A stretch of 64,000 nt of DNA from an uncultured Acidobacteriaceae bacterium (lineage in GTDB: Bacteria; Acidobacteriota; Terriglobia; Terriglobales; Acidobacteriaceae): the NCBI GenBank assembly GCA_963818945.1, contig CAWFUA010000004.1, positions 254,976 to 318,975 on the forward strand, read 5' to 3'. Position 1 is the first letter of the stretch; every line of letters starts with the position of its first letter. Positions 10,651 to 21,413 of this stretch are shown piece by piece. The translations under genes were made by a program, and so were the position numbers. Under the pieces are notes generated by a model that was not told the DNA's origin, did no database searches, and saw only the letters and a list, made by a program, of their open reading frames with translations.

Positions 10651-12504
10651 ATGGTGCACTGCAAGCCTTGGTGCGCTGACGCTAATCACGTCAACGGAGA
10701 TTGCCTCTTGCGAACATGGTTGCTGGTTGCCGGAGTTGCTTACACTTTGCTGATGACGTTCACGGCGCAGGCTGCGGATCAGAAGGGGCCCACTCCAAGT
10801 GTGGAGGCGCGGCAGGCGGAGCTGACTCGGCTGCTTGGTGACGAGTGGGAATACACGCTGCGCACGCAGCCGGAGTTGGCGACGCAAGTCGGAGACAACC
10901 GCTACAACGACCGGCTGAGCGACTTTTCGGACAAGGCGATCGCCGATGATCTCGAACATACGCGGCTGGCGCTGGCGCGCTTTGAGGCGATCGATGTGGC
11001 GGGATTTCCGGAGCAGGAACGCCTCAATCACGCGCTGATGGTGCGCAACCTGCGCGAAGGGCTCGAAGACGCGCGCTTCAAGAACTGGGAGATGCCGGCT
11101 ACGCAGTTTGGGGGGATACACCTGTGGTATGCGTCCCTGCCTTACGATTCGCCGTTTCGCAATGTGAAGGATTACGAGGACTACCTCTCGCGGCTGCATC
11201 AGATGCCGCGAGCGCTGGATCAGACGATGGAGCACATGCGGGACGGGCTGCGCGATCACCTGATGCCGCCGAAATATCTGCTGGAAAAGGTGTCGAGCCA
11301 GGCGCAGGAGATTGCCGACGATTCACTGGAAAAGAGCCCTTTTACTTCGCCGCTGGGAAAGTTTCCCGATTCAATTGGCGAGGGGGACCGGAAACGGCTG
11401 CGTGCGGCAATTGAAGAAGCGGCAAAGAACGAAGTGGCGCCGGCGTATGCGAAGTTCGCTAAGTTTGTGCGCGAGGACTATGCGCCGCATGGGCGGATGG
11501 ATCCGGGCGAATGGGCGCTGCCGGATGGCGAGGCACGCTACCGGTTCGCGGTGCGGCACCAGACGACGACCGACACGACGGCCGACCAAATTCACGAAAT
11601 GGGTGTGAAGAGCGTGGCTGAGATCGAAGCGCAGATGCTGAAGATCGCGCAGGCGCAGGGCTTCCATGATCTGAAGTCGTTTAACGAGCACATACGGCAG
11701 GATCCGGCGCTGCATGCGAAGTCGGGGCAGCAACTGTTTGATCTGTATTCGCACTATCGCGACCAGATGTACGGCAAACTCCCGGAGCTGTTTGGGCGGC
11801 TGCCGAAGAACAAGCTCGATGTGGTGCCGATGGAGGCGTTTCGCGCGGCTTCGGCTCCGCCGGCGGATTATTCCATCGGAGCAGGGGATGGTTCGCGGCC
11901 GGGGCGAATCAACGTGAACGAATATGTGCCGGAGAAGCGGCTACTGCTGAATGTGGAAGCGATTGCCTATCACGAGGGCGTGCCCGGACACCACTTACAG
12001 TTTTCGATTGCGCAGGAACTTACTGACTTGCCGCCATTTCGTAAGTTTGACTTAGACGTGAACGCCTACACGGAGGGGTGGGCATTTTACTCGGAGCGGC
12101 TGGGGAAGGAAGTCGGGTTCTATCAGGATCCTTACAGCGAGTACGGACGGCTGCAGAATGAGATCTGGCGGGCAGTGCGGTGGGTGGTCGATACAGGAGT
12201 CCATTCGCAGCACTGGACGCGGCAACACATGGTCGACTATTTCCATGAGCACACCGCGATGGACGACGAGAACATCAATACAGAAGTTGATCGCTATATA
12301 GCGTGGCCGGCGCAGGCGCTATCTTATAAAATGGGACAGATGAAGATACTAGAGTTACGAGCGCGCGCGCAGAAGGAGTTAGGGACTAAATTTGATCTGC
12401 GAGCGTTTCATGATGCCGTGCTCGATTCCGGTCCGCTGCCGCTGGATGTGTTGGAAGGGAAGATCGACCGGTGGATCAAGGAGAATCAGCCCACCAATAA
12501 ATAA
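10651..12504 (+). CDS. DUF885 family protein (secreted metallopeptidase-like)
   Basis: Signal-like LLVAGVAYTLLMTFTAQA and the HEGVPGHHLQ motif, with family-typical architecture. The start is uncertain: the track gives 10540, and I prefer ATG 10651 or a later TTG. Confidence 0.8.
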   Translation: MVHCKPWCADANHVNGDCLLRTWLLVAGVAYTLLMTFTAQAADQKGPTPSVEARQAELTRLLGDEWEYTLRTQPELATQVGDNRYNDRLSDFSDKAIADDLEHTRLALARFEAIDVAGFPEQERLNHALMVRNLREGLEDARFKNWEMPATQFGGIHLWYASLPYDSPFRNVKDYEDYLSRLHQMPRALDQTMEHMRDGLRDHLMPPKYLLEKVSSQAQEIADDSLEKSPFTSPLGKFPDSIGEGDRKRLRAAIEEAAKNEVAPAYAKFAKFVREDYAPHGRMDPGEWALPDGEARYRFAVRHQTTTDTTADQIHEMGVKSVAEIEAQMLKIAQAQGFHDLKSFNEHIRQDPALHAKSGQQLFDLYSHYRDQMYGKLPELFGRLPKNKLDVVPMEAFRAASAPPADYSIGAGDGSRPGRINVNEYVPEKRLLLNVEAIAYHEGVPGHHLQFSIAQELTDLPPFRKFDLDVNAYTEGWAFYSERLGKEVGFYQDPYSEYGRLQNEIWRAVRWVVDTGVHSQHWTRQHMVDYFHEHTAMDDENINTEVDRYIAWPAQALSYKMGQMKILELRARAQKELGTKFDLRAFHDAVLDSGPLPLDVLEGKIDRWIKENQPTNK

Positions 12505-12523
12505 TTGGCGATGCTGGTGAAGT

Positions 12524-13709
12524 TCACCTCTTGTCCGCCTGCTCCAGCATCTGAGCCATGAAATGCACGAGCCGAAGATTATCGGCGAGCGCGGGTTTGC
12601 CATCCATGGAAGCGTGGCTGAAGGCCGGACTGATGAGCGCGGCTTTCACCAATCCCGAGGGAATGTCCTGTTGCAACCAGAGCATCTCCGAAGGCGGGAT
12701 CACGTTGTCTGCGGCTCCGTGCAGGAGTAGGACCGGCAGGTGCAACGCTCCCAATTGCCCATGAGGAGAAGCGGGTGCCATTTCCGCTTGGTGGCGGGAG
12801 ATGGCTTGCTTCATCTCGCTGGCCAGCGCGTGCTCATCGTGTTTGTAAAGCAAATCCATTTTCTCGCGTGATGGTGGGCTCAGCATCGCGGCAGCTTTCT
12901 TCGATTCGTCAACCTTCTCCCATAGCAAGAGCCGGAGCGCTTCGTGGGCAGTGCCGATGTCGGCGGGAGGGAAGAAATCCTCCAGATGGGAATAGAAGAG
13001 GATGAGCGGACCATACTCGTGTGCTTGCATTTTGAGCGTGGTGCCGTCGGGCCGCGAGATCGTATTCGTGATCAGGAACTGGGAGACGCGCTCCAGATCG
13101 TCGTGCGCGCCGACCGAAACCACGAAGCCAATGTAAGGCGCGTATTGCGGGCGGGCAGCGGCGATGAGGGACAAGCCTCCTCCGAAGCTGATGCCGAGCA
13201 CGCCGACCTTCTGACCAGCCTCTGCAGAAAGGCTGCGGGCGGAGTATCCGATGAGATCGATCGAACGGCTGTCGATCTGATAGTCGGCGAGGGCGGCCAG
13301 CTCCGGCGTCAGAACGCGGATGCCACTGGCCGACATGGCGCGCGCAAAGGCGACCAGGCGCGGCTCCTCGATGCCAAGGTGATGGCACGCCGTGCACGAT
13401 GACCATCGCGGGCGGGTTAGCCATGCCCTGGGGAATGTAGAGGCGCGCGCGGATCGGCCCGGCGGGCGTTGGCACCTCGGTCAGCTTCTCCTCGAGGGCA
13501 TAGGTGTCGAAGCTGGCGAGCGTGCTCCAGTGCGGCGGATTTTCGATCCGCAAAAGGAGCCCAACGGCGCGCAGATAAGTGAAGGCCGGGCGAGCGAGCA
13601 GCAGGAAAACGACGAGGACAGCGGAAACTACAAGAATTGTGGCGGTTCGTCGGCAACGCTGGCGTTCGGGGTGAGGCGCGCTTGGCAGTTTGCTGGCTGG
13701 TGAGTTCAA
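12524..13709 (-). pseudogene. Alpha/beta hydrolase (dienelactone-hydrolase-like), split by an apparent 1-nt insertion
   Basis: Track ORFs 12909..13709 and 12524..13336 overlap in different frames. The N-terminal frame is sensible to ...PPAMVIVHGV. The second frame reads LGIEEPRLVAFARAMSASGIRVLTPEL... Removing one nt in GTGCCATCACCTT (minus strand, ~13372-13390) joins them. Confidence 0.7.
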
Positions 13710-13904
13710 GGATTGAAGTTCAAGTATGCCGGTTCTGTGACAATTGGGCTAGATGAATGTTGAGGCGGGGCGCTCAAATTTGCCAGTGCGGAATGTAAAT
13801 GCGCGCGAGTCATCAACGGCCTGCGCGGGCGTGGGCCCCTTCGACTTCGCTCAGGGCGGGTCCGCGCCACACTTAAATCCACAACTGAAGAGCCGCTGAC
13901 TCCT

Positions 13905-15215
13905 CTACATCACATCGTTGCGCTTACGCAGGAAGGCTGGGACGTCTAGGTCCTCGGCTTGGTACGTCGGCGCGGCTGACCTCATTCCGTCTAGCGAAAT
14001 GACTTCCGCCGACTGCGAGTTGTAGCTCGGGGGCGGCGGCATGCTTGACTCGAATGCCACGGGCGCGGGATCGGGCAGGAACGCTGGCTCGGGCTCGAAT
14101 GCGGGCTCACGCTCGGCGGCGCACTCGGCAACGGGCTCACTTGCAAAATCATCCGCGTGGTCTGTGACGTGGAAATGATCGCGGTGACGGGGGACGATGA
14201 CCGGGTCGAAAGCCTCGCTGTGGCGCGGGCGGCGCATGTCGGCCTCTTTAAAGCCAGTGGCAATGACCGTGATCTTGACCGCATCTTTCATTTTTTCGTC
14301 GAGCACGGCGCCGAAGATGATGTTGGCGTCTTCGTGCGCGGCGCCTTGAATAATCGTGCAGGCCTGCTGCACTTCGGCGAGCTTCAGCGAACTGGAGCCG
14401 GTGATGTTGATGAGAATGCCGCGGGCTCCGTCAATGGCTCCGGCTTCGAGCAACGGCGAGGCGATCGAGCGCTGGGCGGCTTCGACGGTGCGATTCGGGC
14501 CGGCGGCGGTGGCCGTGCCCATGACGGCGTAACCCATGCCTGCCATGATGGCTTTCACGTCGGCGAAATCGCGGTTGATGATGCCGGGGATGGTGATGAT
14601 ATCGGAGATACCTTGCACGCCCTGGCGGAGAATGTCGTCGGCGATGCGGAAGGACTCGAAGAAGCCGGCGTTTTCGGCTACCGCTAGCAGCTTTTCGTTG
14701 GGGATGACGATGGTGGTGTCGACGGATTCCATCAACTCGGAGACGCCGCGTTCGGCTTGCTGCATGCGGCGTTTGCCTTCGAAGGCGAAGGGCTTGGTGA
14801 CGACGGCGACAGTGAGCGCGCCCATTTCGCTGGCGAGGGAGGCGATGATAGGAGTGGCGCCGGTGCCCGTGCCTCCGCCGAGGCCGGCGGTGACGAAGAT
14901 CATGTCGGCGCCCTCGAGGGCTTCGATGATTTTGTCGGAATCTTCGAGCGCGGCTTTGCGGCCGATTTCAGGATTGGCGCCCGCGCCGAGTCCGTTAGTC
15001 AGCTTCACGCCGAGTTGAATCTTGGTGTTGGCGCGCGACATGCGAAGAGCTTGCAGGTCAGTGTTGGCCACGATGAATTCGATGTGCTCCATGCCGGAGT
15101 CAATCATGCGGTTGACGGCGTTGTTGCCGCCGCCGCCGACACCGATGACCTTGATGCGTGCGTCGTTGCGGGCTTCTTCGTTGAAGCAGATGCGGAGTCC
15201 GTTGTCTTCGATCAT
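13905..15215 (-). CDS. ftsZ: Cell division GTPase FtsZ
   Basis: 436 aa with the tubulin signature GGGTGTG, NTDLQAL, and the C-terminal conserved peptide [10 protein letters not shown]. Confidence 0.97.
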   Translation of the reverse strand: MIEDNGLRICFNEEARNDARIKVIGVGGGGNNAVNRMIDSGMEHIEFIVANTDLQALRMSRANTKIQLGVKLTNGLGAGANPEIGRKAALEDSDKIIEALEGADMIFVTAGLGGGTGTGATPIIASLASEMGALTVAVVTKPFAFEGKRRMQQAERGVSELMESVDTTIVIPNEKLLAVAENAGFFESFRIADDILRQGVQGISDIITIPGIINRDFADVKAIMAGMGYAVMGTATAAGPNRTVEAAQRSIASPLLEAGAIDGARGILINITGSSSLKLAEVQQACTIIQGAAHEDANIIFGAVLDEKMKDAVKITVIATGFKEADMRRPRHSEAFDPVIVPRHRDHFHVTDHADDFASEPVAECAAEREPAFEPEPAFLPDPAPVAFESSMPPPPSYNSQSAEVISLDGMRSAAPTYQAEDLDVPAFLRKRNDVM

Positions 15216-15232
15216 GGAAACACCTCGTGAAA

Positions 15233-15262
15233 TCAGTTCTCAGTTGCCGGTTCTCAGTTCTC
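15233..15262. repeat. Heptamer tandem repeats (CAGTTCT family) in the ftsA-ftsZ spacer
   Basis: CAGTTCTCAGTTGCCGGTTCTCAGTTCTCAG, the same unit family as at 36017-36100. Confidence 0.7.
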
Positions 15263-15297
15263 AGTAAAACCCTCACTGCTAAAACACGGGCGTTGCT

Positions 15298-16518
15298 CTA
15301 CGCGCCCTTCTTTGCGAACAGGGCTTTCATTCTTGAGCCGAAGCCCGGCTCCTGCAGGCCTCTTGCTAATCTTGCGCGGTGGCCGTAATAGACCATGCCT
15401 AGCACGGTTGCGAATTCGGGCTCGGCCAGGGAAGCTGGCATCTTTGCCATTGCCGTTGGCCATGCCAGGCGCGCGGCCTTGCGCAGAATCGATTCGGCTA
15501 CATCGAGCATGCCGGGCAGGCGCGAGGCCCCTCCGCTTAGAACGAAGCCCGCGATGCAATGATCCAAAACACCGGCCTGGCGCAGGTTTTCACGCATCAG
15601 TTCGAATAGTTCGCGGGCGCGAGGACCGAGGATTTCTCCGATCATGCGCTGCGGCATCATGCGCGACGGGCGGTCACCGACGGAAGGAACCTCGACTTCG
15701 TTACCCTCCGGGATGAGCGTGGGCACGGCGTTGCCGAAAATCTTCTTAAGCATTTCGGCGTCGGCGAGGCCGGTGCACATGCCGATCGAAAGATCGCTGG
15801 TGAAATGATCGCCGCCGATGGGAATCACAGCGGTGTGCGCGACGGCTCCTTGCTGAAAAACAATCAGGTCGCAGGAACCGGCTCCGAGATCGGCTAAACA
15901 GACGCCAAGTTCGCGCTCGTCGGAGCGGAGAACGGAATCGGCGCAGGCCAGCGGTTCGAAGATCGTGTCGTCCACGTGCACGCCTGCTTTGTTGACGGCG
16001 GTCACCAGGTTTTGCGTCGCGCCCGAGAGCGCGGTCACGATGTGGACGTGGACTTCCATGCGCGTGGCCATCATGCCGTTGGGATCCTGCACGCCGGGCT
16101 GATCGTCGAGAGTGAACTCCTGCGGCAGCAGGTGGAGGATCTCCCGGTCGGCGGGCAACGGGACGGTGCGAGCCTTGTCAACGGCCTGGCGGATTTCGTC
16201 GCGTCCAATTTCGCGCGCGCGAGCCCCGAAGGTGATGCCGCCGTGGCTGTTCATGCCGCGGATGTGGGCTCCGGCGATGCCGATGATGGCGTGCTCGATG
16301 GGAATGCCGGCGGCGTCTTCGGCGACCTCAACGGCTTTTTGAATGCTGCCAGCGGCTTTGTCGAGTTCGGTGATGATGCCTTTGCGCAAGCCGCGCGATT
16401 CGCTGACGCCGTGTCCGCGGTAGCGCAGGCCATTGTCGCTCATCTCGGCGACCAAGACGGTCGTCTTGGCGCTGCCTACGTCAATGGCGGTAATAAAATT
16501 GGGCGCGAAGGTCGGCAT
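15298..16518 (-). CDS. ftsA: Cell division protein FtsA
   Basis: 406 aa actin-like ATPase (ITAIDVGSAKT, DLGAGSCD, VLSGGASRLPG), located between ftsQ and ftsZ. Confidence 0.95.
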   Translation of the reverse strand: MPTFAPNFITAIDVGSAKTTVLVAEMSDNGLRYRGHGVSESRGLRKGIITELDKAAGSIQKAVEVAEDAAGIPIEHAIIGIAGAHIRGMNSHGGITFGARAREIGRDEIRQAVDKARTVPLPADREILHLLPQEFTLDDQPGVQDPNGMMATRMEVHVHIVTALSGATQNLVTAVNKAGVHVDDTIFEPLACADSVLRSDERELGVCLADLGAGSCDLIVFQQGAVAHTAVIPIGGDHFTSDLSIGMCTGLADAEMLKKIFGNAVPTLIPEGNEVEVPSVGDRPSRMMPQRMIGEILGPRARELFELMRENLRQAGVLDHCIAGFVLSGGASRLPGMLDVAESILRKAARLAWPTAMAKMPASLAEPEFATVLGMVYYGHRARLARGLQEPGFGSRMKALFAKKGA

Positions 16519-16520
16519 GG

Positions 16521-17927
16521 CTAGTTCCGCGGTTTCTCCTTGGGAATGGCGGCGCTGGGCTTTTTTTGCTTTGCCGCCACAGTGGTCACCGGTGCCGACG
16601 CGGCAGGTGTGGGCTTTGTCGTTTTTGCGACAGGCGGTTGAGCCGGCGCGGCGCTCACTAAGGCTGCTGGTTTTTGAGATAGCACTGCCGGCGGATGCGG
16701 CGACGAGGTCTTCTCGGCCCAGGTCTTGGTTTTCGGAGTGACCCGGCGTGAAGTTGCTTTCGACGCTGCTTTTTGCCCCGCTTTCGTCAACGCTTTTGTT
16801 CCTTTCGATTTCGGTTGCACCGGCTTGGCCACAGCGGTGGTCGGTCCGGGATGAGTTACATATTTTTCGTAATTTACGATCGCCGCGTTTTTTACGCCGG
16901 CGGCCAACGCGGCTTTGGCGGCGGCGGGCGTGAGAGCAGGCTGCCGGGCGATGCCCTGGAGATCGGGGTTCACGATGATCTGGCTGTCGTAGCGCAAGTC
17001 CACCGAGTCGAGTTTCTCGAACTGCTGGCGCCAGGCTTCGACGTGCGTGATGTAGATCTTGTAGCGCTGCAGGTAATTGCCGTTGCCGAGATGCACCAGG
17101 ACTGCTCCGGTGGAGTCGGCGGTCATCACCTTCACGTCCTCGGTATCGGAGAGGTCCACTTCGCTGATGTCCTGCGAGTAGCGCGCGCCGCCGGAATCGA
17201 GCTGCCGCATGAGTTCGTTGTAATCCCTCATGCGCACAGCACGAGTTGAGATGGGCTCGTTTGCGTTCATGCCCGTGATTACAGGGAAGGAATACTTGTG
17301 TTTGGGGCCGGATGCGAGTTCCATCAGGTTTCCGCCGGCGTCAATCAGAGAAATGTGCGAGCCGATGCGCGCGAAGGCGACAGGTGTGCGCTCGTGAATT
17401 TCGATGCGCAGGCGGTTGGGCACGAAGCGCATTACGCTGGCCGATTCGACCCATGGAATCTGCTCGAGCTGCTGCTGGCGCTGGGCCAGGGGAACGAAGA
17501 AAATGTTGCGGCCGATGTCGCCGCCCATTACATCCATGATCTGGGCCCGCGTCACGTGCTGGGCGTTGGCGACCTCAATCTGATCGCTGGAATCAATGCG
17601 GAAACGCCAGGAATGTTTGCCGTAGCGATAGAGGCCAGCGCCGAATGCGCCGAGGACGGCAAGAACGACAAGCGCCAGCGCGGCCCACTTCAGGCCGTTG
17701 GCAGTTTTCTTGGGGAGCGAACCGCGGCGGACGGAGACTCGTTTCTGGCCGCGCAGGAACGGAGATTCCTGCTCCGCTTCCAGGTCGACCACGCGGGAAT
17801 CGTCGAAGTGTTCGCGTGCGGGAGCCGCGCGCTCGGAAGCATAACTGTCGCGAGCGTCGTGCTCGCGAGAGCCGGGCGCCGGGTACAACTCTTCCTGCAA
17901 GGCTGTGGAACTGGATTTCCGCGCCAC
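16521..17927 (-). CDS. ftsQ: Cell division protein FtsQ (POTRA domain) with long N- and C-terminal extensions
   Basis: 468 aa, GTG start, a single TM (WAALALVVLAVLGAFGAGL) and a POTRA/FtsQ core. The stop lies 2 nt before the ftsA start. Confidence 0.8.
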   Translation of the reverse strand: MARKSSSTALQEELYPAPGSREHDARDSYASERAAPAREHFDDSRVVDLEAEQESPFLRGQKRVSVRRGSLPKKTANGLKWAALALVVLAVLGAFGAGLYRYGKHSWRFRIDSSDQIEVANAQHVTRAQIMDVMGGDIGRNIFFVPLAQRQQQLEQIPWVESASVMRFVPNRLRIEIHERTPVAFARIGSHISLIDAGGNLMELASGPKHKYSFPVITGMNANEPISTRAVRMRDYNELMRQLDSGGARYSQDISEVDLSDTEDVKVMTADSTGAVLVHLGNGNYLQRYKIYITHVEAWRQQFEKLDSVDLRYDSQIIVNPDLQGIARQPALTPAAAKAALAAGVKNAAIVNYEKYVTHPGPTTAVAKPVQPKSKGTKALTKAGQKAASKATSRRVTPKTKTWAEKTSSPHPPAVLSQKPAALVSAAPAQPPVAKTTKPTPAASAPVTTVAAKQKKPSAAIPKEKPRN

Positions 17928-18030
17928 TCTTTCGAGTCAGTTGTCGACAGGGAACCGCTGAGCCAGATTAGAATAACCGCTTTTTGCAAAATGAGACAGT
18001 GCAAAGTTGAGTGCGGAGACCAAGTTATTC

Positions 18031-18561
18031 TCAGTCGGAATCCTCTTGGTCATCACTGATGACAAAAACACTTTGTGGTCCATCGCCAGCGGAAACCCGG
18101 ACTTGCCTATGACCGCAGGCATCCGGACCGGCCACCGTCACACGGCGATTTGTGGCAGTTCTCAAGCGCAGTTGGGGGCGAGCTAGAACTCGAATCTGCT
18201 CAATCTGGACGCGCCGCGTTTGGGCCTGCGCCCGAAGGATGTTGGCTTGGGCACGCATCTGGTCGCGGAACTGTTCGGCGTTATCTTGGGCTTGCTCGCG
18301 CAAGAGCTCTGCTTGACCCTGGGCCAGTTCGGAGATTTGAGCCCGGTCGAGAACATCGTCAGCGCGTAATGCCGGGCGAGCGGTCAGCACTCTGGCTACG
18401 ACAAAAGTCCGCTCCGCTTGTGCGGCCATGCGAGACAACTCCGAATTGGCGCGGGCGGCAGCTCGGTGCAGCGAAGGAAATTCTCCGCGCTGGTACTCAC
18501 TTTGCAATACGAGCCCGAATACCGCGAGGGCGATCCAGTAGGCAGCTTTTTCGATGTTCAT
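18031..18561 (-). CDS. Hypothetical membrane-anchored coiled-coil protein (inside dcw cluster)
   Basis: From ATG 18561: MNIEKAAYWIALAVFGLVLQS (TM), then a Q/A/R-rich helical segment (AQGQAELLREQAQDNAEQFRDQMRAQANILRAQAQ). Same strand as murC and ftsQ. I recognise no family. Confidence 0.5.
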   Translation of the reverse strand: MNIEKAAYWIALAVFGLVLQSEYQRGEFPSLHRAAARANSELSRMAAQAERTFVVARVLTARPALRADDVLDRAQISELAQGQAELLREQAQDNAEQFRDQMRAQANILRAQAQTRRVQIEQIRVLARPQLRLRTATNRRVTVAGPDACGHRQVRVSAGDGPQSVFVISDDQEDSD

Positions 18562-18696
18562 CTGGAACCTCACCGTCCTGCAGATTTGGACGGGCGACAA
18601 GAAAAAAAGTCACCGAGACAAAACAATTCTTCCCTCGGAGGGGATGAACTCAGCTTTTTCTTGAGAAATTAGCCGCTTCTCGACCCAAGAAGGCGA

Positions 18697-20115
18697 CTAA
18701 TGACTGCCGACCGGAGACTGCCTCTCGAACCTCTCAAGGATCGTGGAGCCAAGTTGCGAGACGCTGCCCGCGCCTAGAGTGAGAATCAAGTCTCCCTCGC
18801 GGGCGAGGGAAGCAGTTTTTTCAGCAGCTTCCGGAAATGATGCGGCGTACCTTACGTCGCGTTTACCATCTGCCGCAATTCGTTGCACCAGCACTTGGGC
18901 CGTGATGCCTTCGATCGGCTTTTCGCTTGCGGCGTAGATATCCAGGACAGAAAGCGTGTCGGCATCGGCAAACGCGGTGGCAAACTCGTCCATCAGATCG
19001 CGCGTGCGCGTGTAGCGATGGGGCTGGAAGATGACATGGATGCGGCGGAATCCGCACTGGCGCGCAGCGGCGAGAGTGGCGCGGATTTCGGTGGGGTGGT
19101 GGCCGTAGTCATCGACTACGCTGACGCCGGCGGCTTTCCCCTTGAGTTGGAATCGCCGATCGACGCCGCGGAAGCCGTCGAGCGCGGTGCGAATCTGGTC
19201 GGCGGGAATGTCGAGCGCCGTGCCGACCGCAATGGCCGCCGTGGCGTTGAGCACGTTGTGAACGCCGGGAACGTGGAGCGTGAAATGGCCGAGGCTCTTC
19301 TCTTTATATATGACCTGAAAACGGCTCAGCGGACGGAGATCTCCGCTGGTAGCGGGCGAGTTTGGCGCCGAGTCGAGACCGATCAGAAAATCGGATTCAC
19401 GGGTCGTGCCATACGTGGTCACGCGGCGATGAACTCGCGGCAGCAGGCGCTGCAGAATGGGATCGTCGTGGCAGCCAACGACCAGGCCGTAGAACGGCAC
19501 ACGCTCCATGAATTCGAGGAAGGTGCGGCGCACGTCGCGCATATCGCGGTAGCAATCCATGTGCTCGCGGTCGATGTTGGTGACGACGGAGAGAATCGGC
19601 GAGAGCTTGAGGAACGAGCGGTCGCTCTCGTCGGCTTCGGCAACCAGGTAGTGCGATTTGCCGAGGCGGGCGTTCGAGCCCATGGCATCGACGCGGCCTC
19701 CGACAACTACAGTTGGGTCGAGGCCTCCGGCGGCGAGAACGGCAGCGACCATTGAGGTGGTGGTGGTTTTGCCGTGCATGCCTGCGATGGCGATGCCGTA
19801 TTTCAGGCGCATTAGCTCGGCCAGCATCTCGGCGCGCTGGATCACGGGAATGTGCAGGCGGCGCGCCTCGGCGACTTCAGGATTGTCGATGGAGATGGCG
19901 GAACTGGTGACGACTACATCGGAGGCGGTGACGTTAGCTGCCTGATGGCCCTCAAAAATCTGTGCGCCAAGACTTGCGAGCCGCTGCGTGACCGCGGAAC
20001 TCTTCAGGTCGGAGCCGGAAATCTTGTAGCCCAGATTCAGCAGGACTTCGGCGATGCCGCTCATGCCGATGCCGCCGATGCCTACGAAATGGATGCGCTG
20101 GATCTTGGCGAACAT
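18697..20115 (-). CDS. murC: UDP-N-acetylmuramate--L-alanine ligase
   Basis: 472 aa with [29 protein letters not shown] and the Mur ligase C-terminal domain. Confidence 0.95.
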   Translation of the reverse strand: MFAKIQRIHFVGIGGIGMSGIAEVLLNLGYKISGSDLKSSAVTQRLASLGAQIFEGHQAANVTASDVVVTSSAISIDNPEVAEARRLHIPVIQRAEMLAELMRLKYGIAIAGMHGKTTTTSMVAAVLAAGGLDPTVVVGGRVDAMGSNARLGKSHYLVAEADESDRSFLKLSPILSVVTNIDREHMDCYRDMRDVRRTFLEFMERVPFYGLVVGCHDDPILQRLLPRVHRRVTTYGTTRESDFLIGLDSAPNSPATSGDLRPLSRFQVIYKEKSLGHFTLHVPGVHNVLNATAAIAVGTALDIPADQIRTALDGFRGVDRRFQLKGKAAGVSVVDDYGHHPTEIRATLAAARQCGFRRIHVIFQPHRYTRTRDLMDEFATAFADADTLSVLDIYAASEKPIEGITAQVLVQRIAADGKRDVRYAASFPEAAEKTASLAREGDLILTLGAGSVSQLGSTILERFERQSPVGSH

Positions 20116-20198
20116 ATGCCGTCAAACTTCATTTCCCGCGGATACGCGCGGATGCACGCTGATCATAAAACATTTCACCGCCGAGGCGCAGGGCGCCT

Positions 20199-21326
20199 TT
20201 AGCTAAGTTCAGCAAGGTGCTTGACCATGTCTGCTATTTCTTGAACCGCGTTTGGATGGGCGAGCGATTTGGCCGCGGCTGACATGCTGCGCAAGCGGGC
20301 ACGGTCGTTGAGCAGAGTGACAACGGTTTCGACCAGATAGGCAGCGCCGAGATTGGACTCTTCGACCACGATCGCGGCTCCGGCGCGTTCGAGGGCGCGG
20401 GCGTTCACGTTCTGGTGATCGTCGGCGGCGCGGGGGAAGGGAACGAAGATCGCGGGTTTGGCGGCGGCGGTGATTTCTCCGACGGTGCTGGCTCCCGAAC
20501 GGCAGACAAGCAGATCGGCGCGGGCGAAGGTTGCAGGCATGTCGTCAATGAACTTGTGGACTTCGCCGAATAGAACAACGGGCGCATCGCCCGTACTCGA
20601 TGTGTCCAGTTGCGCCATGCTCAATTTCTGGTATGCGGCAAGAACGCTGTCGAAGTCGCGCTGGCCCGTCTGGTGAATGATGCGGATCGCAGGGATCTTT
20701 GCGCGCAGGCCGGGCAGGGATTCGATCATGGCCTGGTTGATGGCGTGCGCGCCTTGACTGCCTCCGAAGACCAGGAGAGTGGGAATCCCATCCGGCGCGT
20801 CGGGCACGATTTGCTTGGGTGCAATGTGAAAGAACGCTTCGCGCACGGGAACGCCGGTGACTTTCGCGTTGCGGAAGTATTCGCAGGTTTCCTCAAAATG
20901 CACGGCAGCGGCTGAGACAAAGTGGGAGACCATGCGGTTGGCGAATCCGGGGACTACATTTGGCTCGAAGGCCAAAGTCGGAATGCGGCGGCGAATGGCG
21001 GCGAGCATCGCGGGGCCGGAAGCGTAGCCGCCGACTCCGATGACTACGTCGGGGCGGAAGTCGGTGAGCAGGCGGCCTGCGGTCCAGAGGGCGCGCGGCA
21101 GATCGAACATGGTCTTGGCGCGTGTCATGAGGCTGACATTTTTTAGCGCTCCGACCTGGATGAGTTCGAGCGGGAATCCGGCCTGCGGAACGAGTCGCGT
21201 TTCAATGCCGCGGGCGGTGCCGATGAAGAGAACTTCGGCGGCGAATTGCTTTTTGAGTTGCTGGGCGATGGCCAGGGCGGGAATGACGTGTCCGCCGGTG
21301 CCTCCGCCCGCGATGATGACGCGCAT
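20199..21326 (-). CDS. murG: Undecaprenyldiphospho-muramoylpentapeptide beta-N-acetylglucosaminyltransferase
   Basis: [21 protein letters not shown] start and a GT28 fold. ATG at 21326 is preferred over the TTG at 21338. Confidence 0.95.
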   Translation of the reverse strand: MRVIIAGGGTGGHVIPALAIAQQLKKQFAAEVLFIGTARGIETRLVPQAGFPLELIQVGALKNVSLMTRAKTMFDLPRALWTAGRLLTDFRPDVVIGVGGYASGPAMLAAIRRRIPTLAFEPNVVPGFANRMVSHFVSAAAVHFEETCEYFRNAKVTGVPVREAFFHIAPKQIVPDAPDGIPTLLVFGGSQGAHAINQAMIESLPGLRAKIPAIRIIHQTGQRDFDSVLAAYQKLSMAQLDTSSTGDAPVVLFGEVHKFIDDMPATFARADLLVCRSGASTVGEITAAAKPAIFVPFPRAADDHQNVNARALERAGAAIVVEESNLGAAYLVETVVTLLNDRARLRSMSAAAKSLAHPNAVQEIADMVKHLAELS

Positions 21327-21413
21327 GGTCAACTTCAAAATCTACCACGGAGACACCCTTAGACTACGCTCACAGCAGTTGTCAGCACGGAGAGAAGCGG
21401 GGGTACTCGAAGC

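Noticed and set aside
10459-11259. 266 aa minus-strand ORF
   Set aside because: It is antisense to the DUF885 CDS and is an R/Q/L-rich shadow frame.
12909-13336. Two overlapping hydrolase ORFs as independent overlapping genes
   Set aside because: The overlap disappears and one continuous alpha/beta-hydrolase sequence is obtained with a single-nt correction.
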